From an uncultured Bradymonadales bacterium (lineage in GTDB: Bacteria; Myxococcota_A; Bradymonadia; Bradymonadales; Bradymonadaceae), in the NCBI GenBank assembly GCA_964346045.1, contig CAYFTY010000001.1, forward strand, positions 1 through 30,498: a stretch of DNA of 30,498 nt, written 5' to 3'. Shown here one piece after another: positions 26,740 through 30,498 of the stretch. The notes under the pieces were generated by a model. The model was not told the origin of the DNA. It made no database searches and saw only the letters and a program-made list of their open reading frames with translations. Made by a program: the position numbers and the translations under genes. Each line of letters starts with the position of its first letter. Position 1 is the stretch's first letter.

Positions 26740-26757
26740 CGCATTCAAAAATGCGCT
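26738..26757. repeat. Perfect 8-bp inverted repeat at the gltF stop
   Basis: AGCGCATT-caaa-AATGCGCT. Confidence 0.7.
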
Positions 26758-26786
26758 TGGCCGCTTCGCCACGTTTATGCTATAGA
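26757..26786 (+). promoter_or_regulatory. Putative internal promoter for aglRQS
   Basis: TTGGCC, 18-nt spacer, TATAGA with an extended -10 TG at 26778-26779, in a 198-nt gap. Confidence 0.5.
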
Positions 26787-26937
26787 CGTTGGACTTCGAA
26801 GAGGTCGCAAAAACTGAGGCGACATAGGGTCGCAGAGCTTTGTGTACTCGGATTTTGGAAGCCACGTGCTCACGACGAGTCATGTGATCATAGAACGAAG
26901 CTAAAGTGTTTTTTAACGCGTACGGAGGTAACTCGAT

Positions 26938-27576
26938 ATGGGCGCAATAGCCGAAGCGTTTCGCACAGGCGGTGTGTGGATGTATCTCATCCTCGCCACG
27001 TCCATCTTCGCGATTGGTATCGCGATTGAGCGGTTCATTTTCTTGTTTTTCAAATACAACATCAACGCCGAAGCGTTTTACGCTCAGGTGCAGAAGCTGG
27101 TGATGGCTAATAACGTGGACCGCGCCATCAAGCTCTGCAATGCGGCACCGTCGGCAGCATTGCCGAAGGTCGTCAAAGCAGGCCTGACGCGTGCGAACAA
27201 GGGCGAGGTGGAGATCCAGAACGCAGTCGAAGAGGCTACGCTCGAGGTCGTCCCTCGTATCCAGAAGCGCACGACCGCGCTGGCGTCGCTCGCGAATATC
27301 GCGACGCTTCTCGGACTCCTCGGTACCATTATTGGTCTGATCGAGGCCTTCGAGGCACTTGAGAAAGCGACACCTGAGAACCGACAGCGGCTTCTTGCCC
27401 GCGGTATTGCCCTCGCGATGAACACGACGGCATTCGGACTCATCGTCGCTATTCCGACGCTGATTGCACACCTGATTCTTTCGGGACAGACCAAGCGTCT
27501 GCTCGACGAGATCGATCTGTACAGCGTCAAGCTCGAGAACTTGCTCATCAGCCGCGGTAAAGGCGGTAACGAGTAA
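26938..27576 (+). CDS. aglR: MotA/TolQ/ExbB-family ion channel subunit, AglR-like
   Basis: Three TM segments; NIATLLGLLGTIIGLI and TTAFGLIVAIPT motifs; GGAGG RBS. Confidence 0.9.
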   Translation: MGAIAEAFRTGGVWMYLILATSIFAIGIAIERFIFLFFKYNINAEAFYAQVQKLVMANNVDRAIKLCNAAPSAALPKVVKAGLTRANKGEVEIQNAVEEATLEVVPRIQKRTTALASLANIATLLGLLGTIIGLIEAFEALEKATPENRQRLLARGIALAMNTTAFGLIVAIPTLIAHLILSGQTKRLLDEIDLYSVKLENLLISRGKGGNE

Positions 27577-27694
27577 TCCTGTCGTTTTGACCCGTCGTGG
27601 TCTGTCCGCGTCAAAGGAATGACCTGGTGCTTCGCCCTGCTGGGGCGAGGCCCGGTTCTACCCTTTCGGACGACCCACGATTGAGGAGGATCGC

Positions 27695-28360
27695 ATGGCG
27701 CGACAACGCCGAGGCGCAAAAGAAGAGACACCAGAGCTGAATCTCGCGCCCATCATGAACATGGTGGTCATTTTGATTCCCCTGCTTCTGTTGTCCGTGG
27801 TGTTCCTGCAGGTCGGTGTAATTAACATCACCGCACCCAAGCTTTCGATTTCGAATAAGTCGGAACCCACACCGCCGCCCGAAGAACAACCTTTGAACTT
27901 GACCGTCGCGATTGGAGTCAAAGGCTTCAACATTGCGGCGACTGGAGCCAATCTCCCTGAGATGCCTGGCTGTCCCGTCCCCGGGCCGACGATCTGCCTG
28001 GAGGATAATAGCGTCGACGTGGGTGAATCCTTCAAAGACGCGCGTGAGAAACTCACGTCGGGACAGGCTGGAGCGGGTGAGGCGGCGCTCGACAAAGCGA
28101 TGGGCGCGTACAACTGGGTCGAGCTCTACAACACGCTCGCGAAGATCAAAAAAGAGTACCCCGACGAGACTGTGGTGAAGCTTTCGGCCGATCCCGACAT
28201 TCCGTACGCAGCAGTGGTACGTGTGATGGATGTCGCTCGTTTCAAGCTCACGAAGGACAAGTACGACAAATCGAGCGAACTCTGGACTGCAGAGTATGCG
28301 AAGTCCGGTGCTGAGATCGAAGTTCTCTTCCCGGACCCTGTGCTCGCCGTTGTTCAGTAA
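27695..28360 (+). CDS. aglQ: ExbD/TolR-family subunit, AglQ-like, with Asn22 in place of the conserved Asp
   Basis: ELNLAPIMNMVVILIPLLL single TM; periplasmic LSADPDIPYAAVVRVMD motif; GAGGAGG RBS. Confidence 0.82.
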   Translation: MARQRRGAKEETPELNLAPIMNMVVILIPLLLLSVVFLQVGVINITAPKLSISNKSEPTPPPEEQPLNLTVAIGVKGFNIAATGANLPEMPGCPVPGPTICLEDNSVDVGESFKDAREKLTSGQAGAGEAALDKAMGAYNWVELYNTLAKIKKEYPDETVVKLSADPDIPYAAVVRVMDVARFKLTKDKYDKSSELWTAEYAKSGAEIEVLFPDPVLAVVQ

Positions 28361-28384
28361 TTTGGCGAAATAAGGAGGAAGCCC

Positions 28385-28978
28385 ATGTCAGAGACAGGAG
28401 CTTTCAGCGAAGCAGAAGAACAATTCCTCGCCGAACAGCGAGAGCGCGACAAGAAGCGTGACAAGCGCCTCAAGAAGCGAGATACCGACGATGGGGGGCC
28501 GGTGAACATCAACTCGTTGATGGACATCATGGTCATCATCCTCGTCTTCCTTCTAAAGAACTACGGGGACGAGCCGATCAAGGTGGTCGGTAAAGACCTC
28601 AAGGCGCCGCAGAGTTCGACGCAGCTCTCGCCCGAGGACATGACGACTATCACCGTTTCGCAGAGTGCGATCCTCGTGAATAACAAGAGGGCGGTCGGCT
28701 TGAAGAACGGGACGGTCGATAAGAGCCAGAAAAAGGGTGGCGAGGCTAGCCTCAATATTCAGCCGCTCTTCGATGAGCTCACCGAAGCGATCACGCGCAA
28801 AAAGCGTGAGATGAAATTGATCGGACAGGAATATCAGCCCACGGCGACGATCATTGCCGATCAGTCGACGCCCTACAGACTCCTCACCGAGGTGATGTAC
28901 ACGGCGGGCCAGGCCGAGCTCAATCAGTTCAAATTCGCGGTGGTACGGACCGATCGCAAGACCTTTGCGATCGATTAA
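28385..28978 (+). CDS. aglS: ExbD/TolR-family subunit, AglS-like, Asp47 retained
   Basis: NINSLMDIMVIILVFLLKNYG single TM; IIADQSTPYRLLTEVMYTAGQA...FAVV; AAGGAGG RBS. Confidence 0.82.
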   Translation: MSETGAFSEAEEQFLAEQRERDKKRDKRLKKRDTDDGGPVNINSLMDIMVIILVFLLKNYGDEPIKVVGKDLKAPQSSTQLSPEDMTTITVSQSAILVNNKRAVGLKNGTVDKSQKKGGEASLNIQPLFDELTEAITRKKREMKLIGQEYQPTATIIADQSTPYRLLTEVMYTAGQAELNQFKFAVVRTDRKTFAID

Positions 28979-29005
28979 AGCGATACTCTCATCGTGACGA
29001 TGTAT

Positions 29006-29043
29006 CGGGATGAAGAGCGCCACTCTTCATCCCGTTTTTTTTT
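29006..29043 (+). terminator. Strong intrinsic terminator after aglS
   Basis: Perfect 12-bp stem CGGGATGAAGAG-cgcca-CTCTTCATCCCG followed by nine T. Confidence 0.92.
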
Positions 29044-29237
29044 GCCGCGGTTGTATAAAATTGAGCTTTGGGGCATCTTAAGGAATATAGGAACACCCAT
29101 GAGATCGTTCTTTGAATAGCGACGTTTGAACCACGGTCTATCTTTGTGCAGCATGAAGCATCTCGTGCTGGCGAATCGGCCGCTCAAGGTATCCAGACGC
29201 CGACGCTAATTCGGTGGTTGACGAAAAAGGGCCGTCC

Positions 29238-30498
29238 ATGTCGACGAAAAAGCAGCCCGCGAAACAGAAAATTCTTCGGATCGGACTTTTCCAGGATAAG
29301 AACTGTCTGGAAGAGCGGCTGATCCACTCGCGTAAGCCTGTGCACATCGGGCAGGATTTCACCGACAAGCGAAACACCTTCGTTGTGCCTGTGTCGAATA
29401 TGCCCAAGTCGTTCAATGTCTTTGACGTGAACAAAAAGGGGAAATTCGTCCTTCGATTCACCAGGGACATGTCCGGCCGCGTTTCCATGGCCGACGGCAA
29501 GGCGAAGAAACTCGGAGAGCTGGTCTCGGAAGGGAAGGCCAAAAAGGGAAGCAACGGGGTCTACGAAATCCCCATCGACATCCGCACGTTTGGCCGCGTC
29601 GCCTTCGGCAGAGCCGGAGACGAGGTCGCGCTACTCTTTCAGTTCGTCAAACCGCCACCCCCGCGGCCCAAGCCGGTGCTCCCAACGAGCATGCGTGCCG
29701 GGCTCATGTACGGGCTCCTGGGAGCTACCACTCTGGCGATCGCCACCGCCGTCTCGGGCGTTTTCCAAATCGGCTTTGTGGCGTTTTTGCTCAGTCGTGA
29801 TTGGCCCGAGCCCAAAGATCTCGAATACGAGATGCCCGACCGGTTCGTCTCAGTTCTCGTAGATAAAGAAAAAGAAGAGCCACCAAAGCCGGATCTAGAA
29901 GAGGAGACCGGCGAGGAAGTCGACGGACCTGGTGAGGAGGAGGCAGAAGCTGATCCTGCTCCGAAAGCCGAAGAACCTGAGCCCGATCCCGAGCCGAAGT
30001 CACAGACGCCCGAAGAGCGCGCTGCGGCCGAAGCCGAACGGAAGCGTCGGCTGGCCGAAGAAGTTCAGAATAAAACGATCCTCGGACAGATCGGTGCTGT
30101 GAGCTCCGAAGGAGGGTCTCTCGTCGACACGCTCTCGTCGGGAGCGGGAAAGACCTCGATGGAGGAGGCATTCGCAAACTCGCAGGGCGTCAAGACCGGA
30201 GTCGCGGGTGCCGAGAAGAGTGGGCTACGGACCAGCGGCGGCAAAGACGGTGATGGTAAAGGGAAGACCTTTGGCATCGGTGACCTCAAGGGCACAGCAG
30301 GCGCCAACAAAGCGAAAGCCGGCGTGAAGACCGGCTCGAAGACCGAAAAGAAAGTCAAGGTTCGTGTGAATCTGAAAACCCCCGAAAAAATGGTGGGAGG
30401 TACCCTGGATTCCAACTCGGTTTCGCGCGTGTTGAGACGCCGCTCCAAGCGCTTGCAGCGATGTTACGAGCGAGAAGTCAAAAAGAACCCTGGCGCAT
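29238..30498 (+). CDS. gltG: GltG/PglI-like TonB-type energy transducer, 3'-truncated by the window edge and missing from the ORF track
   Basis: Manual translation from ATG 29238 is open to the end: MSTKKQPAKQKILRIGLFQ..., hydrophobic TM segment, Pro/Glu-rich linker, Gly/Lys-rich region, then GTLDSNSVSRVLRRRSKRLQRCYEREVKKNPG (start of an AgmX/PglI-type C-terminal domain). Confidence 0.85.
   Translation, partial: MSTKKQPAKQKILRIGLFQDKNCLEERLIHSRKPVHIGQDFTDKRNTFVVPVSNMPKSFNVFDVNKKGKFVLRFTRDMSGRVSMADGKAKKLGELVSEGKAKKGSNGVYEIPIDIRTFGRVAFGRAGDEVALLFQFVKPPPPRPKPVLPTSMRAGLMYGLLGATTLAIATAVSGVFQIGFVAFLLSRDWPEPKDLEYEMPDRFVSVLVDKEKEEPPKPDLEEETGEEVDGPGEEEAEADPAPKAEEPEPDPEPKSQTPEERAAAEAERKRRLAEEVQNKTILGQIGAVSSEGGSLVDTLSSGAGKTSMEEAFANSQGVKTGVAGAEKSGLRTSGGKDGDGKGKTFGIGDLKGTAGANKAKAGVKTGSKTEKKVKVRVNLKTPEKMVGGTLDSNSVSRVLRRRSKRLQRCYEREVKKNPGA

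Noticed and set aside
29035-29160. Local AT-rich stretch as a horizontal-transfer junction
   Set aside because: Explained by the terminator T-tract and promoter region; flanking genes belong to the same system.

Overview
A GC-rich chromosomal window with 22 apparently intact protein-coding genes (two may run off the window edges) and two decayed gene relics. No rRNA, tRNA, CRISPR array or mobile element was recognised. Gene content (Agl/Glt homologues, a kinase-STAND-TPR protein, TSP3-repeat and vWA lipoproteins, acidic Asp-Met linkers) suggests a predatory deltaproteobacterium (Myxococcota or Bradymonadales); this is inference only. The left 18 kb holds: a REC-GAF-HD-GYP phosphodiesterase; an ECF sigma factor; an operon of PEGA lipoprotein, RlmD-like methyltransferase with an RluA-like tail, zinc-less DksA and ClpX; a 712-aa TSP3/vWA lipoprotein; a class-III aminotransferase, a Nudix hydrolase and a Ser/Thr kinase-NTPase-TPR protein; a small TSP3 lipoprotein; and PolX-PHP. 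The right 12 kb is one co-oriented Agl-Glt-like envelope machinery locus: uncharacterised secreted protein, GltC-like TPR protein, gltD, gltE, gltF, aglR, aglQ, aglS and gltG. gltG runs off the window edge and is absent from the ORF track. The most striking observation is a rewired motor: the AglQ-like subunit has Asn where the normally essential transmembrane Asp sits, the AglS-like subunit keeps its Asp, and the AglR-like subunit lacks the TM3 Glu. All family calls come from motif recognition by eye; no database searches were run.
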